64,000 nucleotides of DNA from Candidatus Eiseniibacteriota bacterium (GCA_031364845.1 JANLWX010000156.1:1-64000); one strand, 5' to 3'. Shown: positions 1-10,378, counted from the first letter of the stretch. Notes: generated by a model not told the origin, from the sequence alone. Made by a program: numbers and translations.

Positions 1-1
1 A

Positions 2-367
2 CACGCGCGCGGCGTGTGCAAGGTCGACGAGCTGTACGGTGTGGAGTGGGCGTACATCGATCACTTCTTCTACGACTTCTACGTCTACCAGTACGCGACC
101 AGCATCATCGCCTCGACCACAATCGCCAACGGCATCCTGCGCGAGGCGGCATTGCCCAAGCCGATCACCAAGACGCGCGACGCGTATCTCACGATGCTGT
201 CGTCGGGATCGTCCAAGTATCCGATCGACCTGCTCAAGGACGTCGGCGTCGACATGACCACGTCCATCCCCTTCAAGACCGCGATGAAGGAGATGAACTC
301 CGTGATGGACGAGATCGAGCGGCTGATCGCGAGCACGGGGACACGATCGAAGCGACCCACACCGTGA
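2..367 (+). CDS. pepF: Oligoendopeptidase F (M3B), C-terminal part; truncated by window edge
   Basis: EWAYIDHFFYDFYVYQYATS and YLTMLSSGSSKYPIDLLKDVGVDMTT match the PepF C-terminus. Confidence 0.9.
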   Translation, partial: HARGVCKVDELYGVEWAYIDHFFYDFYVYQYATSIIASTTIANGILREAALPKPITKTRDAYLTMLSSGSSKYPIDLLKDVGVDMTTSIPFKTAMKEMNSVMDEIERLIASTGTRSKRPTP

Positions 368-972
368 TCCGACGCCCGCGCCTGAGATTGCACCTTCCGT
401 GGATCGCCGCGCTGTGCGTGATCGCGAGCGTGACCGGCTGCGCCACGCTGAGTCAGATCGCGGCGCTGCGCTCGGTGGCCTTCACGCTCGATCGCGTCGA
501 TCAGGTGAAGGTCGCCGGCGTGCGGCTCGACGACAAGCGCAAATACTCGGATCTGAGCGTGATCGAGACCGCGCAGATCGCGGCAGCGATCGCACTGCGC
601 AAGGTTCCGCTCGACCTCGTCGTGCACGTGCGCGCCGAGAACCCGCGCGACAACACTGTGTCCGCGCGCCTCGTCGATCTCGACTGGACGCTGTTCCTCG
701 AGAACACCGAGACGGTGTCCGGCAAACTCTCTGGATCGCGTCTGCTTCCGCCGGGCGAGCCGGTCGACATCCCGATCGCCGCACAACTCGACCTGCTGAA
801 GTTCTTCAAAGGCAGCGGCCGCGATCTCGTCGAGCTGGCGCTCGGCATCGCGGGCTACGGAGACGCGACGAAGGAGGTTCGGCTCGAGGCACTGCCCACG
901 ATTCAGACCAGCATGGGTCCGATTCGATATCCGGGCCGCATCGTCATCCGGCGTGAAGTCGGCGGGCGCTGA
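364..972 (+). CDS. LEA type 2 / WHy-like lipoprotein
   Basis: GTG overlaps the pepF stop (GTGA); lipobox VTGC; VRAENP...ARLVDLDWTLFL beta-sandwich pattern. Confidence 0.7.
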   Translation: MIRRPRLRLHLPWIAALCVIASVTGCATLSQIAALRSVAFTLDRVDQVKVAGVRLDDKRKYSDLSVIETAQIAAAIALRKVPLDLVVHVRAENPRDNTVSARLVDLDWTLFLENTETVSGKLSGSRLLPPGEPVDIPIAAQLDLLKFFKGSGRDLVELALGIAGYGDATKEVRLEALPTIQTSMGPIRYPGRIVIRREVGGR

Positions 973-997
973 GCGCGCATCGTCGATAACGAAACCA

Positions 998-1034
998 GCC
1001 GGCATCGCGACCGTGTCACTGCCGCGATGCCGGC
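998..1034. terminator. Hairpin between convergent genes, probable terminator
   Basis: 12-bp perfect inverted repeat GCCGGCATCGCG/CGCGATGCCGGC. Confidence 0.6.
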
Positions 1035-1040
1035 AAACCC

Positions 1041-1562
1041 CTAGCGCTTCATGTCGAGCAGATCCGGATCCTGTGCAGCAAAGTCGTCTAGCTCAGCCCG
1101 CAGCGCCGGATGCACCGCGATCAGGAATGCCGCCATCGAGACCGCCCCCACCACACCCACTCCGAATGTTCCCCAGTTCAGCATCGTCTCGCGCAACGCA
1201 TCAGGCAGGAGGAACGTCGCACCGAACATGTGGAACGCGACGAAAATGCAGAACGTCACCCCCACGTACCAGAGGTGAGGCCCCCGCTCCGCGAGGTGCG
1301 CGAGCCACGCCGCCGTGAAGCCCAGCAGCAGGAACACGATCAGGTGGAAGCCGTTGTAGGCGAAAACGGGTCCCGGTGCGACCACGACTCCGGCAAGATC
1401 TCTGACGCCATAGAACAGCGCGCCGCCCATCAGTGCCGCTGCGTAGAACGGCGAACGGCCATCCATGTAGCTGCCCACCATGAGGCATACCAGGACGGCG
1501 GCGTAACCGATCAGCCCCGCGATCAAGCCCTGCCATAGCCATCTCGAACGATCCGCATTCAT
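1041..1562 (-). CDS. Integral membrane protein (about 4 TM), unknown function
   Basis: GGAGG RBS before MNADRSRW; hydrophobic helices; YNGFHL motif. Confidence 0.8.
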   Translation of the reverse strand: MNADRSRWLWQGLIAGLIGYAAVLVCLMVGSYMDGRSPFYAAALMGGALFYGVRDLAGVVVAPGPVFAYNGFHLIVFLLLGFTAAWLAHLAERGPHLWYVGVTFCIFVAFHMFGATFLLPDALRETMLNWGTFGVGVVGAVSMAAFLIAVHPALRAELDDFAAQDPDLLDMKR

Positions 1563-1706
1563 GACGACCTCCTTCCCCGGAACCTGAACGCTCCAAGTGG
1601 GCCGCCGTGGAACCGAAGCGTCATCCGGAAGGCCGAACGAAGCCACCCGGACTCGCCGCGACCTGGCGCCACGTGGCCCCGGGATTGGAGTTAACAGGGT
1701 GGGTAT

Positions 1707-1722
1707 TGCATCACTCGTGCCT
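1707..1722 (-). promoter_or_regulatory. Candidate sigma-54 promoter
   Basis: Minus strand AGGCACGAGTGATGCA (GG-N10-GC), intergenic, upstream of 1041..1562. Confidence 0.6.
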
Positions 1723-1889
1723 CTGCTACTGCGGAGTCATGCGGATCCATGAAGACGCTTCGACGCAGGAGTTTGCGGCTCAGTCATTGCCGGCGTGCAG
1801 GATGCTCGCGCGTCGTTCCGCGACGGAAGACCTGCCGGGCTGACAGTAACGCGCGGGTTTTGGCAGGCGGAACGTGACGCCCGATCGCG

Positions 1890-2237
1890 TCAGCCCGATC
1901 GCGGCAGATGATCCGCGGCGAACCACAACCCCGTCCCCGCGTGAATCAGGCGCCACACCTGCGGCGCGAACACGAACGGCCGGATCGGATTCGCGAGCAC
2001 GGCGATTGCCGCATACGCGAGGAACGCCCAGCGCCGGCCCTTGCCCAGAGCGATGCCCGCCTCGAGCAGTCCGAACACCGTGAGCGCCACGTGGAGCCCG
2101 CGCGTGAAGCTCGACGGCATTGGAGCGAACGCGGCACCCAGTGCGAGCAAGGCGATCGCCCAGCCCGCCCAGCGCAGCGGCGCCGTCCACGGATCGCCCC
2201 CGCCGCCGCCACCGCGCTTCTTCCCGCGCGGCGGCAT
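1890..2237 (-). CDS. Small membrane protein (DUF6804-like)
   Basis: ATG overlaps the SDR stop (TGATG); IAVLANPIRPF..WRLIH pattern. Confidence 0.65.
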   Translation of the reverse strand: MPPRGKKRGGGGGGDPWTAPLRWAGWAIALLALGAAFAPMPSSFTRGLHVALTVFGLLEAGIALGKGRRWAFLAYAAIAVLANPIRPFVFAPQVWRLIHAGTGLWFAADHLPRSG

Positions 2238-3013
2238 CAGCGAGCGCTCGACAGCGCGCGGCCGCCGTCGATCGAGTGCGTGGCCCCCGTGATCCAGCCC
2301 GCCTCGTCGCTCAGCAGGAACAGGATCAGCGACGCGATCTCCTGCGGCTGCCCCACGCGGCCGATCGGGTGCGTCGTCTTGCCGCGTTCGAGAAACGCGT
2401 CGTAGTCCGCGACCGCATTCGCCACCGTGTGGAGTTCGGTGACGACCACGCCCGGATTGACCGCGTTCACACGCACGCCGTGCGGCGCGAGGTCGAGCGC
2501 CGAGCAGCGCGTGAGCATGTCGACCGCCGCCTTGCTCACACAGTACGCCGCGAGGTTCGCGTACGGCCGGATGCTCGCGACCGACGACAGGTTGACGACA
2601 CTCCCCTTGCGCTTGATCAGCTCGGGCGATGCCGCGCGCGTGACCAGCCACACCGAGCGCAGGTTGCTGTCCATCACGCGATCCCACTCGGCCGGCGCGG
2701 TCTCGATGATGCTGCCGTTGCCGATCACGCCCGCCGCGTTCACGAGACCATCGAGCGCGCCGAATTTCTCTACGGCGTTCTTGACCCATGCGGTGCCGGC
2801 GGATTCATCACGAGCATCGCCCGTGACGGCGATCGCCTTGCCTCCCGCCGCCTCGATCTCTTTGACGACCGCATCGAGGCGATCGCGTCGCCGTCCCGCC
2901 GCGACGACATTCGCGCCCTCGTTGCCGAGCGCGCGCGCCGTCGCGCGGCCGATCCCGCTGCTCGCGCCGGTTACGAGCACCGTCCGTCCCTGGAAGCGCT
3001 TCGATTCCGTCAC
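2237..3013 (-). CDS. Short-chain dehydrogenase/reductase
   Basis: TGASSGIG, VNAAG, YCVSK, VNAVNPG, IDGG motifs. Confidence 0.95.
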   Translation of the reverse strand: MTESKRFQGRTVLVTGASSGIGRATARALGNEGANVVAAGRRRDRLDAVVKEIEAAGGKAIAVTGDARDESAGTAWVKNAVEKFGALDGLVNAAGVIGNGSIIETAPAEWDRVMDSNLRSVWLVTRAASPELIKRKGSVVNLSSVASIRPYANLAAYCVSKAAVDMLTRCSALDLAPHGVRVNAVNPGVVVTELHTVANAVADYDAFLERGKTTHPIGRVGQPQEIASLILFLLSDEAGWITGATHSIDGGRALSSAR

Positions 3014-3015
3014 GC

Positions 3016-3588
3016 TTATTTCTCCATACGCAGGATGAGCTTCGCCTCGTCCGACTTGGCGCGCGCCACCATGCGCACATGGTCGACCGTGCGGCCGTCC
3101 TTGAAGTCGAGCAGCTCGAAGATGCCCGGGCCGTGCGATTTTTCTTTGAAGTCGACCACCTGAACATCGCCGTTCTCGAACACCACCTCGGCAAAGTTGA
3201 TCTGCGCCTTGCCGACGATCTCGACGAACAACCGCAGCCCGCGGTCCTCGACATTGAGCGTGAAGTCCGTCCAGCCCTCGTCTTTGGAGAGCGTCTCGCT
3301 GTCCTCCCACACGATCATCTCGCGGGCCGGCAGCGGCCGCGCGTACGCCGCCCACACGACCGGAGCGAGGAACACCGCGCCCGGCACTACCACCACGCGG
3401 CGCGGCGCGCGCACGACCGCGACCGGCATCGCGCGGCGGATCGGATGCCCGGTGCGCACGACCACACGCGTGCGCCCATGCGCCCCGCGATGCACGACCA
3501 CCTTGCGGCGCGCGAAGGCCGGCTCGGCGATCTGAATGCCGACCACGACGACGGCCAGCGCGAGGATGAGCGGACGGATGAGTTTCAT
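3016..3588 (-). CDS. Secreted hypothetical protein (Arg/Val-rich N-region, beta-sandwich C-domain)
   Basis: GGAGG RBS; signal peptide ending AFA. Confidence 0.75.
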   Translation of the reverse strand: MKLIRPLILALAVVVVGIQIAEPAFARRKVVVHRGAHGRTRVVVRTGHPIRRAMPVAVVRAPRRVVVVPGAVFLAPVVWAAYARPLPAREMIVWEDSETLSKDEGWTDFTLNVEDRGLRLFVEIVGKAQINFAEVVFENGDVQVVDFKEKSHGPGIFELLDFKDGRTVDHVRMVARAKSDEAKLILRMEK

Positions 3589-3776
3589 GGGGGTCCTCCT
3601 TGGAGTGGCGGACTCTGCGGGTGACGGCGGTACGTGACCGGTGCGCGGTGCAGAGCGGGCACGATAACAGGAGCGGTGCGTTGGGCGGTAGACGCCGCGG
3701 GCGCATGACGCGCGCCCGCTGGCGGCGTGCATCACGGCTCGCTATGATGCCCGCCTGCAATCAGGCGCACCGACGT

Positions 3777-3863
3777 GCCGGAGTGGCGAAACTGGCAGAC
3801 GCGCGGGACTCAAAATCCCGTTCGGGCAACCGAGTGTGGGTTCGACCCCCACCTCCGGCACCA
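3777..3863 (+). tRNA. tRNA-Leu(CAA)
   Basis: Acceptor GCCGGAG/CTCCGGC, anticodon arm CGGGA-CTCAAAA-TCCCG, long variable arm, GGTTCGA T-loop, encoded CCA. Confidence 0.97.
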
Positions 3864-3891
3864 TCTTCTCAAAAGATTCGACCGTGCCCGA

Positions 3892-4449
3892 TCAAGTGGC
3901 AGCACGACGCACGTCGTCCCATTCGCGCTCGAGGCCCAGTTCCCGAGCCCATCTCTCGATGTAATCTCGATCCAGCTCCCCAGCTCGCACCCTGAGGATC
4001 CCGGCAGCATCTTCGATCTGTCGCGCTGAACCGCCGAGTTTCGCCCACTCCATCTTCGCGACGATGACATCCTCCGGGCTCGCGACGTACAGCCGCACAC
4101 CACCCACATCTTCCGCCGTGCGACGCTCGAACTCCTCGCGACTGAACGGCCGCGACTTCCGAAGGATGAGATCGACCTTCCAGCCGGTAATCTGATCGAT
4201 CACGTTGAACATGCCCTCGTTCCGATGTGCTTCGACGGCGGCAGCCTCACTCACGTAGTAGCGTTCCGCAGGGAGGGAACTCACGAAGACCAGCAGCCGA
4301 TCCAAGCTGCTCGCGATGATGAGATCGATGTCCTGAGTTGAGCGCGGCGTCCCGTGGAGTGAGCTAGCAAAGGATCCCGTCAACATGTACGGGATCTGAG
4401 CTCGATCCAGTGCCTCTACGAGAGGCCCGAACACATCGCTCGCGGTCAA
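3892..4449 (-). CDS. Pol-beta-superfamily nucleotidyltransferase, MenT/AbiEii-like toxin
   Basis: YMLTGSFASSLHGTPRSTQDIDL, VDL, VASPEDVIVAK, RQIED motifs; TTG start overlaps the upstream stop. Confidence 0.8.
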   Translation of the reverse strand: MTASDVFGPLVEALDRAQIPYMLTGSFASSLHGTPRSTQDIDLIIASSLDRLLVFVSSLPAERYYVSEAAAVEAHRNEGMFNVIDQITGWKVDLILRKSRPFSREEFERRTAEDVGGVRLYVASPEDVIVAKMEWAKLGGSARQIEDAAGILRVRAGELDRDYIERWARELGLEREWDDVRRAAT

Positions 4450-4670
4450 CCTGACGACTCGGGCACGGATACCGGAAGGAAAGCGTATCTGAGCAGCTCT
4501 TTCATCAGATCCGCGGATGACCAATCGGGGTGCTGTCGGCGCAGCCGCGACATCGCGAACTCTCGCGCCACCATGCTCAGTTCGAAGGCAATCATGAGCC
4601 GCTCCCCTCGCGATAGGCGGCGATAGATGTTCGTCTGGAGTTCTCGGACTTCCGGGCTCGTGTCCTTCAT
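4446..4670 (-). CDS. Small helical protein, putative MenA1-like antitoxin
   Basis: 74 aa MKDTSPEVRELQ...ERLMIAFELSMVAREFAMSRLRRQHPDWS; translationally coupled to the NTase; start could be slightly upstream. Confidence 0.7.
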   Translation of the reverse strand: MKDTSPEVRELQTNIYRRLSRGERLMIAFELSMVAREFAMSRLRRQHPDWSSADLMKELLRYAFLPVSVPESSG

Positions 4671-4875
4671 TGGAGTCGTAACCTCGCCGGGGTTGTCTTT
4701 GGCCATGTTCTCGCGCCTGCGGAGACTACCATTTGGCTCTCGAGACTCGAGTACGGGACGCCCACGACGCTTCGCCAATCCCCAAACTCCTCGCTCTCGT
4801 GAGCAACGGAGGATGCCATTCGAACGCCCGCCGCCAGACCACGGCCAACGAAGTGTGGCTCGGACGAAACCCCGG

Positions 4876-6522
4876 CTACGGCTGCATCAACACCATTCTC
4901 CGAGTCAGCCGAGTCGTACCGTTGAGAGTCAGGCGATAGAAGTAGACTCCCGAGGCCAACCTCTCGCTCGCAGCCTCCCGCCGACTCCAGCGCACCTGAT
5001 GGCTGCCTGCTGCCACGCGCTCATTGACCACCGTCGCCACGCGTCGTCCGTTGAGATCGTAGACCTCGAGCCGCGCGTCGGATGCTTCCGAGAGGCTGAA
5101 ACTGAGCGTCGTGGTCCCGATGAACGGATTCGGATAGTTCTGCGCGAGCTGTACTGCGAGCGGAGTGTCTCCTCCGACGCTCGTCACCACGCTCGAATCG
5201 GCGATGGCGAACGCACCGCTCGAGAAATCCGTCCCGCTGTTCGTCGCAGCATCGAATGCCGTCACCTTCATGTAGGCGTCGGTCGATGGCGTGTTGGGGA
5301 CCGTCCACTCGTAGACGCCGTCGTTGGCTTCGCCCGTTGCGATGGTGCTGAACGGTCCGCCCGCGCCCGACGTTGAATACGCGAGCGTCACCGAAGTCAC
5401 GCCCGTTCCATCCGAAGCGTTCCACGTGATGTTCTGGCTGCTCCCCACGATCCAGGTCTCGCCGCCGTCAGGCGCCGCAACCGCGACCACGGGCGGCGTC
5501 ACGTCACTGGTGCCCGAGTTGGTGAACGTGTCCGCGAAGCCGGTGCCACGGATTGTGTCGACGCCGCCCGGCTGCCAGGTCGCGGAGATGATGACCTGGT
5601 TGTTCGAGACTTTGTCCCACGCGGGGTTGGGCGCAACGCCGGAACCGGTTTCGGTCCAGTAGGTCTTCACACCCGCCGTGTGCAACCGCGAGAGGGCCGA
5701 AGCGGTCGGATGACCGTACGTGTTCCCGGTGCCGCACGAAATCACGGCGACTTTCGGAGTCGTGGCGGACAACCAACTCGAAGTCGTCGAGGACGCCGAG
5801 CCGTGATGATTAATTTTGTAGACTTCGACCGGACCGACTTGGGGGCCGATGATGGGCTCGATGGCGGGGCTGGTGCCCGGCAGGTCGCCGCCGAAGACCG
5901 CGTCGAATTCTCCGTACGTCACGCGAAGTACGAGGCTCTGGCCGTTCTCGTCGGTCGTGTTCGTGCCCGCGCCATTGAGGTCCACGCACGTGATCAGGAC
6001 CGGATGCGCGGAGAGCGAGTCGAGCATGATCACCTGACCCTTGACGAGCGTGCGGCGTCTCGCGCCCAGCGTGTTCACATAGTTGTTGTAGGTCTGCGTG
6101 GTGTACGACTCGGCGCGGTCCCAACCGTATCCGAGCGTGGCGATGCCGCCGTTAGCAAAGATCGTTGTAAAGAGTCCGATGTGATCGGCGTGATAGTGGC
6201 TGGCGAAATGATGATCGACGTGCGTCACCCCGAGGGCTTGCAGCTGGGCGGGAACCTTCACGCCCGATGCGGGAGTTGGATTCCCGTTCACACCGTCGTC
6301 GATCATCACGACTTGCCCGAGGGGCGAGATGAGAACCGCCCCGTCTCCCTGCCCCACGTCGAGATGAATGATCTGAAGGCGGCCGGTCGCCGTCACGGCG
6401 GCTGCCGGGGAGGCGAGCGCAAGGGCGATGGCGATCGAGAGCGCGAACTGCGAAATATTGAGGGAAACGCTGGAAAGGCGGGCACGGGTGCGGGGCACGG
6501 GGCGTCTCGCGAGGGCGTGCAC
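4876..6522 (-). CDS. Secreted ComEC-like metallo-beta-lactamase-fold hydrolase with Ig-like and T9SS/FlgD-type C-terminal domains
   Basis: LDVGQGD, SHYHADH, HHGS, YGHP motifs; C-terminus QNYPNPF...SGVYFYRL; start uncertain. Confidence 0.9.
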   Translation of the reverse strand: MHALARRPVPRTRARLSSVSLNISQFALSIAIALALASPAAAVTATGRLQIIHLDVGQGDGAVLISPLGQVVMIDDGVNGNPTPASGVKVPAQLQALGVTHVDHHFASHYHADHIGLFTTIFANGGIATLGYGWDRAESYTTQTYNNYVNTLGARRRTLVKGQVIMLDSLSAHPVLITCVDLNGAGTNTTDENGQSLVLRVTYGEFDAVFGGDLPGTSPAIEPIIGPQVGPVEVYKINHHGSASSTTSSWLSATTPKVAVISCGTGNTYGHPTASALSRLHTAGVKTYWTETGSGVAPNPAWDKVSNNQVIISATWQPGGVDTIRGTGFADTFTNSGTSDVTPPVVAVAAPDGGETWIVGSSQNITWNASDGTGVTSVTLAYSTSGAGGPFSTIATGEANDGVYEWTVPNTPSTDAYMKVTAFDAATNSGTDFSSGAFAIADSSVVTSVGGDTPLAVQLAQNYPNPFIGTTTLSFSLSEASDARLEVYDLNGRRVATVVNERVAAGSHQVRWSRREAASERLASGVYFYRLTLNGTTRLTRRMVLMQP

Positions 6523-6676
6523 CTACCAGTGCACCTGGATTCATGGGTTGGGCCGGGACAAGCGTAGCACGGAGCGATAGCGGATCTACTGCGATTCCGC
6601 GGGGTGCAAGGGTTCCGAGGGCCTGCAACGGCTCGATTCGCCCGTTCCGATGGGCTCAAGGTAGTATGCCGCGCTC

Positions 6677-7811
6677 ATGAGCCTCGACACGCCTCCGGAA
6701 GCTTCTCATCCTGACCTTCCCCAAACGTGGAAGCGGCCGTTCTTCACGTTATGGATCGGCCAGTCCATCTCGCTGCTGGGCAGCGGGCTCGTCCAGTTCG
6801 CGCTGGTGTGGTGGCTAAGTATCACCACGCATTCGGCGACCGTGCTCACGACCGCGGTCCTGTTCGCGATCCTTCCGGGTGTGTTCCTCGCGCCGGTGGC
6901 GGGTGTGATCGTCGATCGGCTGGACCGCCGCCTGGTCATGATCGTCTCCGACTCGATGGTGGCACTCGCAACCATCGTGCTCGCTGTTCTGTTTGCGATC
7001 GATCGGGTTCAGGTGTGGCACGTCTACACCGCCCTGTGCATCCGGGGCGCGGCGGGCGCTGCCCATGCAAGGCGTGTTGGCGATCGACGCGATCACGGCG
7101 GTGGTCGGGATCTCCTCACTGCTTGTCGTCGCGATCCCACGTCCATCGCGAGCGGCCGCGGGAGTCGCGACGCCTTCGTTCTGGCGCGACCTTCGCGAGG
7201 GCATGGACTACGTGCGGGGCTGGTCGGGACTGATGGCGATCCTCATCATGGCCACGGTGATCAACTTCTTTCTCGTCGCGGCGGCATCGCTGATGCCGAT
7301 TCTCGTCACGGTGCACTTCGGTGGCAAGATGATGCACCTCGCCACGCTCGAATCCATCTTCGGCGGCGGTGCCATCATCGGCGGAGTGACACTTGGCGTG
7401 TGGGGCGGATTCCGCCCGCGCATACTCACGTCGCTCGCCGGGCTGGTCGGGATCGGGATCGGTTTTCTGCTGATGGGATTGACGCCCGCCAACCAGTTCG
7501 GAATGGGATTGGCGAGCGCGTTCCTCGCGGCGGCGATGATCCCCATGACGAACGGCCCGATCATGGCGGTGTTGCAGGCCACGGTCGCGCCGGGTATGCA
7601 AGGCCGGGTCTTCTCGCTGATCACCGGCGTGGTGACCGCGATCGCTCCGGTAGGCCTCGCGATCGCCGGTCCGATGGCGGACTGGCTGGGAGTGCGCGCG
7701 TGGTACGTGGCCGGCGGCGTGGTGTGCGCGGGAATGGGAGTCGTCGGTTTCTTCATCCCGGCCATCCGGCGCATCGAGGAGCATGTGCAGAGTCCGGTCA
7801 CGACCGCTTAG
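6677..7811 (+). pseudogene. MFS efflux transporter (DHA3/MefA-like), frameshifted with apparent internal deletion near 7058
   Basis: N-half (FFTLWIGQSISLLGS, VDRLDRR) and C-half (LPMQGVLAID...MQGRVFS) lie in different frames; the expected TM4-TM5 segment is absent. Confidence 0.75.
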
Positions 7812-7837
7812 GTTCGATCCAACCCAGGAGGTTTCCT

Positions 7838-8203
7838 ATGCCGCTCTACGTCGATGGATTCGTCATCCCGATCCCCAGGAAGAACGTCGCAGACTATCGG
7901 CGCATGGCGCTGAAGGCCGCCAAGATCTGGCGGGAACTCGGCGCGCTGGAGTTCCGGGAGTGCGTGGGCGACGACCTGAACGTGAAAGGCATGAAAGCGA
8001 CTTTCCCTCGTCAGATGAAGCTCAAGCAGGGCGAGACGGTGGTCTTCTCGTGGATCGTCTACCGCTCGCGGGCGCATCGTGACCGCGTCAACGCCAAGAT
8101 GATGAAGGATCCCCGCATCGCCAAGATGATGACGGCCAACGACAACCCCTTCGACATGAAGCGCATGCTCGTCGGCGGATTCAAAGTGCTGGTCGACGCG
8201 TAG
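7838..8203 (+). CDS. DUF1428 (YbaA-like) protein
   Basis: AGGAGG RBS; YVDGFVIP...ECVGDD...ETVVFSW...PFDMKRM.GGF. Confidence 0.92.
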   Translation: MPLYVDGFVIPIPRKNVADYRRMALKAAKIWRELGALEFRECVGDDLNVKGMKATFPRQMKLKQGETVVFSWIVYRSRAHRDRVNAKMMKDPRIAKMMTANDNPFDMKRMLVGGFKVLVDA

Positions 8204-8322
8204 CGCGCCACCGGCCCCTTGCTCAACACCACCTGTGCTTCCCTGGACATGAGCACAGACCGCAACGGCCACCTCCAAGATGAGGTGGCCGTCTTGCGAT
8301 CGCGCCGGGTCCCGCAGTCGCC

Positions 8323-9957
8323 CTAATTCTGCGACGTTGTCTTCACCGCCCCACCCCGCTCCGGAATCCTCCCCCCGCACAGCGCCGTCAGCCGCTCGCG
8401 AAAGCCCTTCGCCTTGTCCTTGAGTTCTGCGGCTTCCGCGGCTCGCATCGCTCCCGCATAGCTGTTGAAACGCGCGGGTGCTTTGGTGAGCGACTTCTCG
8501 TACTCCGCAAGCGCCTCAGTGGGCTTTGCCATCTCCGCAAGCAGATCCGCGTATTGCTCGCGCGCGGGCAGGATCGAGCCCGGCGTGACCGGATGCTTAT
8601 CGGTACGATCTTCGAGATCGGCGGCCGACTTCAATAACGCCAGCGCCTCGTCGTCATTCTTCTCCGCGCGCGCGAGCCAGCCTGCGGCGGCAAGCCGCTG
8701 GATCTCGACCTGGGTCGCCCAGTCGAATCCTTTCTGCTTCTTCAACTCCGCCTGAATCGCGGTCAGCCGCGCAACGGCATCGCGCGCGGTTTCGAGGTCG
8801 CCTGACCGCGCTCCACCGACGGCGCGAGCGAAGTGAACGATCGCTTCGGCGTAGGCGTACTTGTCCCACGGGAAACTCACAGGCTCTACTTTCAGCGCCG
8901 CGGCGTCCTTCCACGCGCGGTGTTCGAGCGCGTGGCGCGCGGGAATCGCGGCCAGCGCGTATCCGGCGGAGAACGAGGTGATATCGAGACCGTTCACTTT
9001 GCCGACTTTGTCCACGACCTCGCGCGCCTTCGCATCCTGTCCGCTCTGCAGATAGGCGTACTCCAGATAGTCCATCGCGTGCAGAGCATCGAACGAGGTC
9101 GCGCCGGGGTGGCTCCTGGCGATCCACTCCTGCGCCGCCTTGGCCGACGACAGGTTGGACTCGATCGACTCCGGCCACATTCCGAGGCGCGTGAAGATGT
9201 GAGAGGGCATGTGCAGCGCGTGAGGCGCGGAAGGAGCGATCTTTGCGTAGGCGCGCGCGGCGGGAAGCGCCAGCTCGGCAAGATCGGGATAATCGAACGA
9301 GTGGATCATGTAGTGCGAGATTCCCGGATGCTCGGGCTCGAGCGCGAGGATGCGATTGAGGATCTTCGCCGCCTCCTTCTGCTTCGCGTAGGTCTTGTCG
9401 GGGGGCGAGTTGTAGGCGACTCCGAGAATCGCGAGCGCGTGGAAGACCGCCACCTCATGGTCCGCGGGGTTTCGTTCCGCCACGCCGGCCATCGCGCGCT
9501 CGTAGGCCGCGACACGCGCTGGGTGCGCCACGGCGTCCCCCTTGTAGTAGGCGCCGATCGCAGCGATGTAGTCGTTCTCGCGTTCACCCGGCGCGCCCAG
9601 CATTGCCGCCTTCTCCGCGGCGATCTTGCCGACCGCGAATTCGGCGTCGGTCGGAGGCCCCCAGATGGTGTGGTACTGGCTCATGGCGATCCCCCACTGA
9701 GCCATTCCGCAACTGGGATCCTTCGCCGCCGCATCATTGAATGCCTTCGCCGCCTCGACGTATGCGAACGAGTGCAAGAGCGCCAGTCCGCGCTCGAACA
9801 CCTGTTGGGCTGCGGGCTCGCATGAGGTCGGGAAGTTCACTCGGCCGAGCTTCTCCGGCGCGACGTGAGGTTTGTCGTGCCCGTCGTCCGCCAGCGCGCG
9901 CATCGGGGCAAGCGTCAGAAGGGTCGCCAGAACGAGAGTGCTACGGAACGTCGGCAT
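8323..9957 (-). CDS. Secreted TPR-repeat protein
   Basis: Signal peptide; LGRVNFPTSC, HYMIHSFD, HALHMPSHIF motifs; helical repeats. Confidence 0.85.
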   Translation of the reverse strand: MPTFRSTLVLATLLTLAPMRALADDGHDKPHVAPEKLGRVNFPTSCEPAAQQVFERGLALLHSFAYVEAAKAFNDAAAKDPSCGMAQWGIAMSQYHTIWGPPTDAEFAVGKIAAEKAAMLGAPGERENDYIAAIGAYYKGDAVAHPARVAAYERAMAGVAERNPADHEVAVFHALAILGVAYNSPPDKTYAKQKEAAKILNRILALEPEHPGISHYMIHSFDYPDLAELALPAARAYAKIAPSAPHALHMPSHIFTRLGMWPESIESNLSSAKAAQEWIARSHPGATSFDALHAMDYLEYAYLQSGQDAKAREVVDKVGKVNGLDITSFSAGYALAAIPARHALEHRAWKDAAALKVEPVSFPWDKYAYAEAIVHFARAVGGARSGDLETARDAVARLTAIQAELKKQKGFDWATQVEIQRLAAAGWLARAEKNDDEALALLKSAADLEDRTDKHPVTPGSILPAREQYADLLAEMAKPTEALAEYEKSLTKAPARFNSYAGAMRAAEAAELKDKAKGFRERLTALCGGRIPERGGAVKTTSQN

Positions 9958-10378
9958 GACCTGCTCCTCCCTTGTCGCACAATCACACGATGACCGGTCT
10001 CACGCTGACCATCCACGTCAACCTTGACAGCTTGACCGGATAAACGTCCGCGGGCAAACGTCGGCGTTGACGGAACGCCCATCCTTCGCATGGTTTTCAC
10101 GCGCGTTGCCAACGCCAGCCCGGACTCTTCGTGAGCCCGCAGCTGATCTGCCCGCACTCTAATGATTGCCGACTTTGTTCGGCTACCGTACAATCCTGTC
10201 CCGTTGCGTGCGGCATGACGGTCAGCGTCTTGGCACCCGGCCATCGTGAGATGACCAGGTCGCGCGGACGCCCCACCGCTGCCTCCCGGGACGAGCACTT
10301 CATCTCGCGTTTCCAATCCCGATCCACGGGATGCCCCGGAAGCGGAGAAGGGCAGTCCGGAGAAAAGGTGGGCACGTC

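Noticed and set aside
6677..8203. 508-aa ORF that appears to fuse an MFS N-terminus to DUF1428
   Set aside because: The middle is out-of-frame Arg/Gly-rich sequence produced by the MFS frameshift; DUF1428 has its own AGGAGG RBS and ATG at 7838.
10230..10246. TGGCAC upstream of the CBM-like gene
   Set aside because: No GC at the required -12 spacing.
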